DNA of 64,000 nucleotides, taken from NCBI GenBank assembly GCA_007375675.1, contig VMEU01000001.1:40458-104457 (forward strand), given 5' to 3'. Both the position numbers and the translations under genes were made by a program. This document shows, piece by piece, positions 48,195 to 56,688 of the stretch. This DNA comes from Parcubacteria group bacterium Greene0416_39 (GTDB taxonomy: Bacteria > Patescibacteriota > Minisyncoccia > Minisyncoccales > UBA10102). The notes under the pieces are model-generated. The model was not told the DNA's origin. It saw nothing but the letters and a program-made list of their open reading frames with translations, and did no database searches. Position 1 is the first letter of the stretch. Each line of letters begins with the position of its first letter.

Positions 48195-49361
48195 TCATTC
48201 CAACCGTAAATTGGGCTTGGCAGCAATACGACTGAGGGCTTTGCCATGTTTTTTCTTTGAGAGATTGAAAAACCCTGCTAAAGCGGGCATCAAACCATTG
48301 TCAGTACACAGCCCAGGAGGAGCGACTAAAACTTGTATTTTGTATTTAGTATCTTGTATTTTGTATCGTAACTGTCTCCGGAGTTCTTCGTTTGCAGCGA
48401 CGCCGCCGCCAAGAACGATGCTTTTTGCGTTGTATTCGTAGGCGGCGCGCAGAGTTTTTGCTATCAATACGTCAATAATGGCTTGCTGAATTTCTTTTGC
48501 CATTGCACGGGTATATTCTTTTGATTTTCTTACTTTTTCTGGGCGTGACTTCCAGTCGTAGAGCACTGCAGTTTTCAAGCCGGAAAAGCTGAAGTCGTAA
48601 TCTTTCGTGTGCATCATTGGCCTAGGTAATTTAGGCAGAGAAAACGAAATTTTAGAAAACGTTTCCCCCCTTCCTCGCTTCGCTCGGAAGCCGCGCCCAC
48701 CCCCCACGTTTTCAAAATTTGTTTTCTCTGCCTCTTTGGCAATTGCTGGCCCGCCTGGATACGGAAGACCCAAAATTCTCGCGGTTTTATCAAAACATTC
48801 TCCTGCCGCGTCGTCTCTTGTTTCGCCTAGAATTTTATATTCTCCAAGCCCCGTTACCAACACCAGCTGGGTGTGTCCTCCAGAGACGAGCAAAGCAATA
48901 GCGGGGAAAGTGTTTTTAGTATTTAGTATTTTGTATTTAGTATTTTGTATTTGTTTCGGATTTTCATTTCCATAGAAAAACAGGGAAATGAGCATGTGTC
49001 CTTCCATGTGATCTATGGGAACTAGAGGAACGTTCCATTTTTTGGCAAGGTCTTTTGCAAACTCAATCCCAGTCCATAGACATGGATCAAGTCCAGGACC
49101 ATACGTAACCGCAATAACATCAATTGCGGGCTGTGCGAAGACGCCGGCCTCTTGGAGAGCGCGCTCGAGCACAACCGGCAAGTTTTTTATGTGTTCTCGT
49201 TTTGCGAGCGATGGGTACACCCCTCCGTATTTTGCATGAAGTTTTGCCTGGGAAGCAATAACGTTTGAGAGAATGCGAAAACGAGGGTTTTTCTTCCCTT
49301 GAATCTCTAAAACTGCGATAGCAGTTTCGTCGCACGAAGTTTCAATACCTAATATTCGCAT
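48195..49361 (-). CDS. tsaD: tRNA t6A synthesis protein TsaD
   Basis: ILGIETSCDET, HMEGH, VSGGHT, DDAAGE.FDK, SFSGLKT, CTDN. Confidence 0.95.
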   Translation of the reverse strand: MRILGIETSCDETAIAVLEIQGKKNPRFRILSNVIASQAKLHAKYGGVYPSLAKREHIKNLPVVLERALQEAGVFAQPAIDVIAVTYGPGLDPCLWTGIEFAKDLAKKWNVPLVPIDHMEGHMLISLFFYGNENPKQIQNTKYKILNTKNTFPAIALLVSGGHTQLVLVTGLGEYKILGETRDDAAGECFDKTARILGLPYPGGPAIAKEAEKTNFENVGGGRGFRAKRGRGETFSKISFSLPKLPRPMMHTKDYDFSFSGLKTAVLYDWKSRPEKVRKSKEYTRAMAKEIQQAIIDVLIAKTLRAAYEYNAKSIVLGGGVAANEELRRQLRYKIQDTKYKIQVLVAPPGLCTDNGLMPALAGFFNLSKKKHGKALSRIAAKPNLRLE

Positions 49362-49425
49362 ATCCTTGAGCATAAGCGAAGTATTGATTTTTTGCAATTT
49401 TTGAGGTAGAATTGGAATACTCTAG

Positions 49426-49503
49426 GGCCCCATCGTCTAGCCCGGTCTAGGACATCTCCTTTTCAAGGAGGTAACACGAGTTCGAATCTCGTTGGGGCCA
49501 CCA
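49426..49503 (+). tRNA. tRNA-Glu(TTC)
   Basis: Loop TT-TTC-AA, CCA. Confidence 0.93.
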
Positions 49504-49504
49504 C

Positions 49505-51592
49505 TTATTCAAGGTGGAGTTTTGCTCGGAGCTCTTGGATTTTTTGTTTGAGCAGAGGATATTTTTTGAGAGCAATGTCTTCGTCAAGAATCTTTGTAGC
49601 TGCGTCCCTTGTTTCTTGCACGAGCTCAAGGTTGGTGAGCTGGGTCATTGCAAAGTCTGGAATGCCCCACTGTTTGGTTCCTGCAAAATCGCCAGGGCCT
49701 CGGATTTTCAGGTCTTGTTCGGCTAACTCAAATCCGCTGTCTAACTGCTCCAAGGCCTTGAGGCGCGCCCTTGCATTTGGGGAGTTTGATTCTGCAAACA
49801 GCAGGCAATACGATTGATGTTCTGCTCTGCCAACTCTGCCTCGAAATTGGTGGAGCTGGGCTAAACCAAATCGATCTGCTCCTTCAATCATCATCACAGC
49901 GGCGTTTGGAATATCAACTCCAACCTCCACAACAGACGTTGAGACTAAAATATCTGTTTTGCCTTGCCTGAACTTCTTCATCACCTCCTCTTTTTCTCTG
50001 GAGCTCAGCTTCCCGTGGAGCATGCCAACGCGCAGGTCGGGGAATACCTCTTTGGAAAGTTTTTCATACTCTTCTTTTACTGTTTTTATGTCTTCTCCTT
50101 CTGCCGTGTGCTCGGTCCTCTCAATGCGAGGACAAATCACAAACACCTGCCTTCCTTTTTGTACTTGCTTAGCAATAAACCCGTACGCGCTTTTCCTTGC
50201 AGAAGGAGGAACTACTTTTGTGATTATCTTTTTTCTCCCCTCAGGGAGTTCTTTAATAAGCGTGAGGTCTAAGTCTCCATATAGAGTAAGAGCAAGAGTT
50301 CTTGGGATTGGAGTTGCAGTCATTGATAAGAGGTGGGGGATGAGAACTGAACGACGAAGAAGCTTGGCCCGCTGCTTGATTCCAAAGCGGTGCTGCTCGT
50401 CAACCACCAAAAGGCCCAGGTTCTCAAACTTCACTTTATCTTCAATCAAGGCATGGGTGCCAATAAGAATATCAATGTCTCCTTCCAAGGTTTTTTTGAG
50501 AAGTCGGGCTCTTGAGATTTCAATCACATCATTGGGAAGTTTGGGGGAGACAAACCGGTCTGCGCTCCCTGTAAGCAAGCCAATCGTAACCTTAAACTTT
50601 TGGAGGATTTCACTCACTGTTTTAAAATGCTGTTTTGCAAGAATTTCCGTTGGAGACAGAAAGGCAACCTGCAGCCCTGCCTTCATTGCTCCAAGGGCTG
50701 CCATTGTAGCAACTATTGTTTTGCCAGAGCCTACGTCTCCTTGGAGCAACCGGTTCATGGGCCTTGGTTTTTCCAAGTCTTTCAAGATAACCCAGGCAGC
50801 TTTTTTTTGGGAGTCTGTTAACTGGAAAGGCAAAGAATTGGTGAGGCGCTTCATGAGAGGCGGATCAAAGGGTATGGCAGGAGCTTTCACCTCTGCTATT
50901 TTTTTGCGTTCCGCGAGAACAAAGAGAAGAATATAAAAAAGTTCTTCAAATGCAAAGCGTTTTGCGGCGGTATCTGCGCTCTCCATAGAATTTGGGAAAT
51001 GGATTTGCCACAAGGCCTGCTTTACAGGAAGGAAGCGTTTCTCTCTTACAATTGATTCTGGGAGCGTTTCTGGAATCTCTGATATTGTTGCCAACACCCG
51101 TTTGATAATAGTTCTTAGCCATCGTGAAGAAAGCCCTCTTGTTTCAGGGTACACAGGAATTATTCTTCCCACATGGGTGAGTGAGGAACGGTCTTTCTCA
51201 TGAGATGGGTTGACAAACGCAATCCCGTCTTTATCTCGTGTGACTTTTCCTGCGACAAGGACGACGTCACCATTAGTAAAGTATTCTGCAAGATACGGTT
51301 GGCTGAACCACACTATTCTCAAGGATCCTGTTGCATCTTTGAGTATTGCAGATGTGAGAGAGAACCGTTTTTTGAACGTCTGAGTCTTTTTAAGGTTTGT
51401 CAGTTCTCCCTTCACGCAATACGTTCCTCCCTCTTTAATGTCTGAAATCTTGGTGATGCGAGAGAAATCTACATAGGTGCGGGGGAAGTAAAACAAAAGA
51501 TCTCGTACATTTGCAATGCCGAGCTTCTTTAATTTCTGGGAGAATGAGGGCCCTACGCCCAAAACTTCAGAGAGGGGAGTTGAGAATGTCAT
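49505..51592 (-). CDS. recG: ATP-dependent DNA helicase RecG
   Basis: RLLQGDVGSGKT, DEQHRFG, TATPIPR, QLHQFRGRVGR. Confidence 0.96.
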   Translation of the reverse strand: MTFSTPLSEVLGVGPSFSQKLKKLGIANVRDLLFYFPRTYVDFSRITKISDIKEGGTYCVKGELTNLKKTQTFKKRFSLTSAILKDATGSLRIVWFSQPYLAEYFTNGDVVLVAGKVTRDKDGIAFVNPSHEKDRSSLTHVGRIIPVYPETRGLSSRWLRTIIKRVLATISEIPETLPESIVREKRFLPVKQALWQIHFPNSMESADTAAKRFAFEELFYILLFVLAERKKIAEVKAPAIPFDPPLMKRLTNSLPFQLTDSQKKAAWVILKDLEKPRPMNRLLQGDVGSGKTIVATMAALGAMKAGLQVAFLSPTEILAKQHFKTVSEILQKFKVTIGLLTGSADRFVSPKLPNDVIEISRARLLKKTLEGDIDILIGTHALIEDKVKFENLGLLVVDEQHRFGIKQRAKLLRRSVLIPHLLSMTATPIPRTLALTLYGDLDLTLIKELPEGRKKIITKVVPPSARKSAYGFIAKQVQKGRQVFVICPRIERTEHTAEGEDIKTVKEEYEKLSKEVFPDLRVGMLHGKLSSREKEEVMKKFRQGKTDILVSTSVVEVGVDIPNAAVMMIEGADRFGLAQLHQFRGRVGRAEHQSYCLLFAESNSPNARARLKALEQLDSGFELAEQDLKIRGPGDFAGTKQWGIPDFAMTQLTNLELVQETRDAATKILDEDIALKKYPLLKQKIQELRAKLHLE

Positions 51593-51617
51593 GGTTTACA
51601 CTGAGCTTGTCGAAGTG

Positions 51618-51829
51618 TGTCCCCATGTGGAATCGAACCACAATTTTAGCCTTCGCCCCGCACCGTTTCTGTGCGTCCACGAGGAATCGAACCTCGATTT
51701 CAGCCTTCGCAGGGCTGCGCTCTATCCGTTGAGCTATGAACGCATAAAGGTGCGGGGCAGGCAGGGCTATTTACCCCGTACCGAGCTTTGCTCTGGTACG
51801 GGGCGCTCTATCCGTTGAGCTATGGGGAC
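51618..51829 (-). pseudogene. Outer tRNA-Arg(GCG) interrupted by two insertions (51770-51803 and 51655-51760)
   Basis: Removing both inserts restores GTCCCCATAGCTCAACGGATAGAGCG-TAGCCCTGC-GAAGGCTAAAATTGTGGTTCGATTCCACATGGGGACA. Confidence 0.8.
51672..51743 (-). tRNA. tRNA-Arg(GCG), nested copy
   Basis: GCGTTCA...TGGACGCA, CAGCC-CTGCGAA-GGCTG. Confidence 0.9.
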
Positions 51830-51901
51830 GTACATTTTTTATAGCATACAACGCGACCCGTTGGTATAGGCAAGTTTGTATGCTTGTGATAGTATGGAGG
51901 T

Positions 51902-52906
51902 ATGGCTGAAATGGTAAATTCTAAAAGGGCAAAGTTCCCTAGAGGGCTACAAAGAAGGTTCATTCAGAAAGTTCTCATAAACCTTTCTTTTGAGAAAGTC
52001 GCAGGTCTTTGTGGAGTTTCTCAGCGTACCATAAGAGATTGGCGCCGCGAAAAGTTTTTAATGGATTTTAGTGCCGTCAAGGTATTATGCAACAGAGCAA
52101 AGCTGCCATTCCCGCAACATATCAAGCTCAAGGATCGTTATTGGTATACTTCAAAAGGAGCCAAGTATGGCTGGAGTTTGGTGCTCAAAAAATATGGGAG
52201 GATTCCTTTAGATGAAGAGTATCGTAAAGAGAAATGGTATGAATGGTGGGAACGGGAGGGAAGGTATAAAAGGCATCCTATCATAAACGTTTCCAAACCA
52301 ATCCGAAAACCCGCTTTTTCCAAGGAGCTTGCCGAATTTGTAGGTATTGTGTTAGGTGATGGTGGCATAAGTAAAAGGCAGATTACGGTATCTTTACACA
52401 GTATCGATGACAAAGAATATTCACATTATGTTTCTGCATTAATCAAAAAGCTTTTCCTTGTTCCTGTTTCAATTCGTCCAGATAAAAACGCTAAAGTTGT
52501 AGATCTTGTTATTTCTCGTACGGAGTTGATACGTTTCTGTACCCAGACATTAGGCTTACGAATCGGCAACAAAGTAAAACAGCAAGTAGATGTTCCTCAT
52601 TGGATTAAACACAATAAGAGCTATATTCTTGCCTGCACCAGGGGACTTGTTGATACCGATGGTTCCGTATATCTTCACAGATACAAGGTAAATGGGAAGT
52701 GGTATACGTATTCAAAACTTTCGTTTTCTAATCGTTCCATGCCACTTCTTCAGTTTGTGCTTTGTACCTTTAAAACGCTTGGCATGAATCCTCGTTTAAC
52801 CAAGTATAACGAGGCCGTACGTTTAGAAAGTAAAAACGACATGAAATCATATTTTGGTTTAATAGGAACTCATAACCCGAAATATTTGAAGAAATACAGG
52901 AATTAG
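51902..52906 (+). CDS. Free-standing LAGLIDADG endonuclease-like protein with N-terminal HTH
   Basis: LAEFVGIVLGDGG and RGLVDTDGS; VSQRTIRDWRRE. Confidence 0.82.
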   Translation: MAEMVNSKRAKFPRGLQRRFIQKVLINLSFEKVAGLCGVSQRTIRDWRREKFLMDFSAVKVLCNRAKLPFPQHIKLKDRYWYTSKGAKYGWSLVLKKYGRIPLDEEYRKEKWYEWWEREGRYKRHPIINVSKPIRKPAFSKELAEFVGIVLGDGGISKRQITVSLHSIDDKEYSHYVSALIKKLFLVPVSIRPDKNAKVVDLVISRTELIRFCTQTLGLRIGNKVKQQVDVPHWIKHNKSYILACTRGLVDTDGSVYLHRYKVNGKWYTYSKLSFSNRSMPLLQFVLCTFKTLGMNPRLTKYNEAVRLESKNDMKSYFGLIGTHNPKYLKKYRN

Positions 52907-52924
52907 GATATAATTAGATATAAG

Positions 52925-53012
52925 GGAGGAGTCGCATAGTTGGCCTATTGCGGCACTTTGCTAATGTGCTTGGGGAGAAATCCCCTCGTGGGTTCGAATC
53001 CCACCTCCTCCG
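52925..53012 (+). tRNA. tRNA-Ser(GCT)
   Basis: Loop TT-GCT-AA, long variable arm. Confidence 0.9.
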
Positions 53013-53029
53013 CAGCAAATGAAATACGT

Positions 53030-53422
53030 ATGGAGATGACGAACGAAGAACTCATTGAAAAAGCAAGGTCTATTGTAAAGCCAAAAAAGATGAGGCATGG
53101 TTTTACCACCGCAGATTGCGCTTGCGTTTTGGTTACAGAGAAAGGAAATGTGTACCTTGGCGTGAGCATAGATACTTCTTCTAGTATGGGATTTTGTGCT
53201 GAGCGTAGTGCTCTTGCGGCTATGGTTACCAATCAGGAGTTTAAGATTAAGAAGATAGTTGCTGTTCTTGAGGACGGTACTGTTCTTTCCCCCTGTGGCG
53301 TGTGCCGAGAGTTTATGTATCAAATCGATAGAGATAACTTAGATGCGGATGTGATAGTAGAAAAAGATAAAGTGGTTAAACTCAAAGATTTACTCCCTTT
53401 TCCATGGGATGAGAGCTTGTAA
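53030..53422 (+). CDS. cdd: Cytidine deaminase
   Basis: CAERSA, SPCGVCRE, LKDLLP. Confidence 0.85.
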   Translation: MEMTNEELIEKARSIVKPKKMRHGFTTADCACVLVTEKGNVYLGVSIDTSSSMGFCAERSALAAMVTNQEFKIKKIVAVLEDGTVLSPCGVCREFMYQIDRDNLDADVIVEKDKVVKLKDLLPFPWDESL

Positions 53423-53535
53423 AGGGTTCCAACATAGTCCCGGGCGTTAAGCACTCAGCGTTTAACGGTTCACATATGATGGCAAAAATTTCAAAAGCCC
53501 TTGGTATTCCAATGGAAAGTTTATTGAAATAATTT

Positions 53536-54051
53536 ATGAAAATTTTAGTTTTTCTACAAGGCACACTGATAATGCATAAAAACGCGGTTGGGAAAACCCG
53601 CGAGGAAATCATTGAGCAAGTAAAAGCTCAAGGAGAATCAGTTCGTGATTTTAGTTCCTATGTTCCTATCGGTAATGCCGTGGATAAACTGAAAAAATGG
53701 ACAAAGCAGGGCGCAGAGATTTTTTATTTAAGTGCTTTAACTGAGGACAAAAAAGCGAGAGGCGATGAAATTATTGGCAAGGAGGGTATAAAAGTAGACC
53801 AGGAAATTTTGAACAGGTATGGGTTCCCCAAAGGAGAAATTTATCATCGCCAAAAAGGGGAAAGTTATGCTCAAATAGCTGAAAAGATTGTGCCGGATAT
53901 TTTAATTGAAGATGATTGTGAGAGTATAGGCGGAGAAAAAGCAATGACGATTACTTTTGTTAGGCCAGAAATCAAGAAAATGATAAAATCCGTAGTAGTA
54001 AAAGAATTTAGCGGAGTTGACCACTTGCCCGATAATATCAAGGATTTATAG
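53536..54051 (+). CDS. Hypothetical protein (HAD-like fold suspected)
   Basis: ILVFLQGTL, YLSA, PDILIEDD; AT-rich. Confidence 0.6.
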   Translation: MKILVFLQGTLIMHKNAVGKTREEIIEQVKAQGESVRDFSSYVPIGNAVDKLKKWTKQGAEIFYLSALTEDKKARGDEIIGKEGIKVDQEILNRYGFPKGEIYHRQKGESYAQIAEKIVPDILIEDDCESIGGEKAMTITFVRPEIKKMIKSVVVKEFSGVDHLPDNIKDL

Positions 54052-54110
54052 GAATTTGCCGCCACATCCTTCGCTAAAGCTACGGAGTGCAATGCAAAGA
54101 AAAACTTGAA

Positions 54111-54482
54111 ATGCGCAAAAACTACACAAAGACCTACCATATTATTTTTGACTCGTTTGGAGTAGACAAGAAACTGCTCAACAGCGAAGAGTTTGTATTT
54201 GGGCTTCTTCTGGCAATTCCCAAACTCATTGGCATGAGAGTGCTGTCTGGGCCCAATGTGGTGCGGGATTATGACAAGGGACACGAAGGCGTTACAGGCT
54301 TTGCCATCATTGACTTTTCTCATATTTCAGTGCATACCTTTGTTGATACCAAAGAAGCATTTGTAGACATATTTTCGTGCAAGAAGTTTGACTACAAGAA
54401 AGCGCGCTCATATCTATATAAAACACTCAAGGTGAAACCAAAACAGGTTGAGACGCTAGAAGTAAAGTATCCGTGGGAATGA
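54111..54482 (+). CDS. S-adenosylmethionine decarboxylase family proenzyme
   Basis: GVTGFAIIDFSHISVHT...VDIFSCK.FD. Confidence 0.8.
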   Translation: MRKNYTKTYHIIFDSFGVDKKLLNSEEFVFGLLLAIPKLIGMRVLSGPNVVRDYDKGHEGVTGFAIIDFSHISVHTFVDTKEAFVDIFSCKKFDYKKARSYLYKTLKVKPKQVETLEVKYPWE

Positions 54483-54483
54483 A

Positions 54484-54565
54484 GGAGGGTTGGCAGAACG
54501 GCAATGCACCGCTCTTGAAAAGCGGCGGGCGAAAGCCCTTAGAGGTTCGAGCCCTCTACCCTCCG
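54484..54565 (+). tRNA. tRNA-Ser(TGA)
   Basis: Loop CT-TGA-AA, long variable arm. Confidence 0.92.
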
Positions 54566-54635
54566 CAGTGTAATAAATTCGCAGAGTTGTTGCAAAGTTC
54601 TTGACATGGTATACTGATGCGGTAATCATTTCCAA

Positions 54636-54714
54636 ACCCCGTAGTGAAACTTTGGCATGTGGTTCCCAAAGGAAACACATCGTTGCTGAAAGCAGCCAAA
54701 GTTCTACTACAGGG
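54636..54714. repeat. ACCCCGTAGT...ACTACAGGG palindromic element
   Basis: Shares accccgtagtgaaactttg / caaagttctactacaggg with 12109-12172, different interior. Confidence 0.75.
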
Positions 54715-54769
54715 AAAGGTCGAGAGGAATATAGCAGTGATGCAAGATATTTTTTCGTAAAATCGAACT

Positions 54770-54922
54770 ATGAACAAGAAAGTCCTTATCATCGGCGTTA
54801 TTGTAGTTATTGCGGTGGTGGTTTACTTAATGCAAGGTCAAGGCGGCACAGGAACTCCAACGCCAACCCCAACACCAACCCCAACAGAAGCCCCAGCTCC
54901 AGAACCAACACCTGCTCAGTAG
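54770..54922 (+). CDS. Small membrane-anchored Pro/Thr-rich protein (50 aa; below ORF-track cutoff)
   Basis: MNKKVLIIGVIVVIAVVVYLMQGQGGTGTPTPTPTPTPTEAPAPEPTPAQ; followed by terminator. Confidence 0.7.
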   Translation: MNKKVLIIGVIVVIAVVVYLMQGQGGTGTPTPTPTPTPTEAPAPEPTPAQ

Positions 54923-54942
54923 AATTGAAAGTTTATGCACTT

Positions 54943-54978
54943 AGAAGCCGAGCTCCTAATTAAGGAGCTCGGCTTCTT
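54943..54978 (+). terminator. Intrinsic terminator
   Basis: agaagccgagctcct-aatta-aggagctcggcttct. Confidence 0.75.
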
Positions 54979-55031
54979 AAGTTTGTTATGGTATGTAAAT
55001 TTCTAATGGGATGAGGTATGATATACTATAC

Positions 55032-56087
55032 ATGAAATTCATCCCATTTCGGTTCGTTCCAAAAAGTTTCCTGGGAGTAGACATTGGCACATCTGCAATA
55101 AAAATTGTAGAGCTTCAGAGTTGGGGTTCTCGCAAGAGCTTGAAAAACTACGGAGAGCTCCAATCATCTTCTCTCTATGACAAACCCTTTCGATCCCTTG
55201 AAAAGAATACGCTCGTGCTTTCTTCAAAAGATATAGCGAGAGCGATAAAAGGCATTCTGTTGGAATCCTCCAGCGAGACTAAACGGGCAGTATTTTCAAT
55301 CCCCGATTTTTCAAGCTTTTTCACCCATTTCTCGCTTCCTCCTATGACCAAAGAAGAACTTGGGGAAGCGGTGAAGTTTGAAGCACGCAAGCACATTCCT
55401 TTGCCCTTGTCTGAAGTCACCATTGACTGGCAAATAGCGCAGGGCCGTGTTGACAGCAAAACGCCATTTCAAATTCTTTTGGTTGCAGTTCCAAACGAGG
55501 TTATCAATCAGTACCAGGAGATAGCTTCTTTTGCGGGGCTCCAGCTTATTGCCTTGGAGGCTGAAGTATTCGGGCTCGTTCGCTCGTGCTTGGCGCCAAC
55601 GAGAAGCCCGGTCGTGCTCTTAGATATTGGAGCGCAGAGCACCACGGTAAACGTTATTGTGAACAACGTTCTCAAAATATCCCACAGCACTGATATTGCA
55701 GGGAACAACCTTACCGAGAGAATCAGCCAGTCTTTGTCTCTTGACAAAAAGAGCGCGCAAGAGCAAAAACACGCAAAAGGCATGTTGCCGCAAGACCTTG
55801 GCGTGATTCTTTCTCCGCTTATTGATATGATAGGGGCAGAGGTTGAAAAGATCTCCCAGGAGTTTTTCCAAATTGAAGGAAAAGAAGTAGAACGGGTGGT
55901 ACTGGCAGGGGGATCCGCGCTGCTCAAGGGTTTGAGAGAATACTTTGAAACAAATCTCAAAAAGCCAGTTGACATCGCAGATCCATTTGGCAGAATCTTT
56001 TATCCCCCCATTTTGGAGCCCACAATTAAAGAACTTGGAGTTTCATACGCCGTGGCCCTAGGCATGGCCCTCCGAGGATTAGAATAA
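55032..56087 (+). CDS. pilM: Type IV pilus assembly protein PilM
   Basis: LGVDIGTSAIKIVEL, EARKHIPLP, LDIGA, LAGGSA, ALGMALRG. Confidence 0.92.
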   Translation: MKFIPFRFVPKSFLGVDIGTSAIKIVELQSWGSRKSLKNYGELQSSSLYDKPFRSLEKNTLVLSSKDIARAIKGILLESSSETKRAVFSIPDFSSFFTHFSLPPMTKEELGEAVKFEARKHIPLPLSEVTIDWQIAQGRVDSKTPFQILLVAVPNEVINQYQEIASFAGLQLIALEAEVFGLVRSCLAPTRSPVVLLDIGAQSTTVNVIVNNVLKISHSTDIAGNNLTERISQSLSLDKKSAQEQKHAKGMLPQDLGVILSPLIDMIGAEVEKISQEFFQIEGKEVERVVLAGGSALLKGLREYFETNLKKPVDIADPFGRIFYPPILEPTIKELGVSYAVALGMALRGLE

Positions 56088-56165
56088 TGCAAATCTACGA
56101 ATGACTTCGAATGCCGCAAATAAATACTATTCGTACATTCGCATATAATTTGTAGATTCGCATTA
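56085..56165. repeat. 80-bp palindromic intergenic element, copy 3
   Basis: taatgcaaatctacgaat...atttgtagattcgcatta. Confidence 0.85.
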
Positions 56166-56172
56166 TACTATT

Positions 56173-56688
56173 ATGGTTGACCTTATTCCAAAACAAGCTT
56201 TCGCCTATCCAAAAAGAACAACACTATTTTTTTACGGAGGGCTTTTTCTGCTTATTGCAGTTGTCGCGGGATTTTGGTTCTTAAAAGTTCTTGGAACCAG
56301 GACTTTCTCAGAGATTACAAGCATTGAAGAACAGCTTTCAAGAGAAAAAACTCCAGAAGAACGAACGCTTGAAAAAACGGCGCTCACGTATGAGGAAAAA
56401 CTCAAAGATTTTGCTTCTCTTGTAAAAAGCCGCGAGAACGTTTTGCCCTTTTTTGCGTTTCTTGAAGAGAATACCCACCCTGCCGTGTTTTTCACAAGTT
56501 TTACCCTCACCGTAAAAGAAAGAAAAATTTCTCTTTTAGGAGAAGCCCTGGATTTTAAAACTCTAGATCAGCAGCTCACGATATTTCGCGCAAGCGAAAA
56601 GGTCGCGTTCTCGGAAGTATCAGATATTGCCATTGGAGACAAAGGGAGGGTCACGTTTCAATTCGTTCTTCTTCTTAACAAACTATGA
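56173..56688 (+). CDS. pilN: PilN-like protein
   Basis: VDLIP motif, TM, position after pilM. Confidence 0.7.
   Translation: MVDLIPKQAFAYPKRTTLFFYGGLFLLIAVVAGFWFLKVLGTRTFSEITSIEEQLSREKTPEERTLEKTALTYEEKLKDFASLVKSRENVLPFFAFLEENTHPAVFFTSFTLTVKERKISLLGEALDFKTLDQQLTIFRASEKVAFSEVSDIAIGDKGRVTFQFVLLLNKL

Noticed and set aside
49959-50936. 325-aa plus-strand ORF
   Set aside because: Antisense shadow of recG
51655-51803. Inserts in the outer tRNA-Arg as group I/II or archaeal BHB introns
   Set aside because: No catalytic core motifs and no clear bulge-helix-bulge at the junctions
54601-54963. 120-aa ORF in the track
   Set aside because: Runs through a palindromic element and the terminator; the 50-aa frame at 54770 is more protein-like
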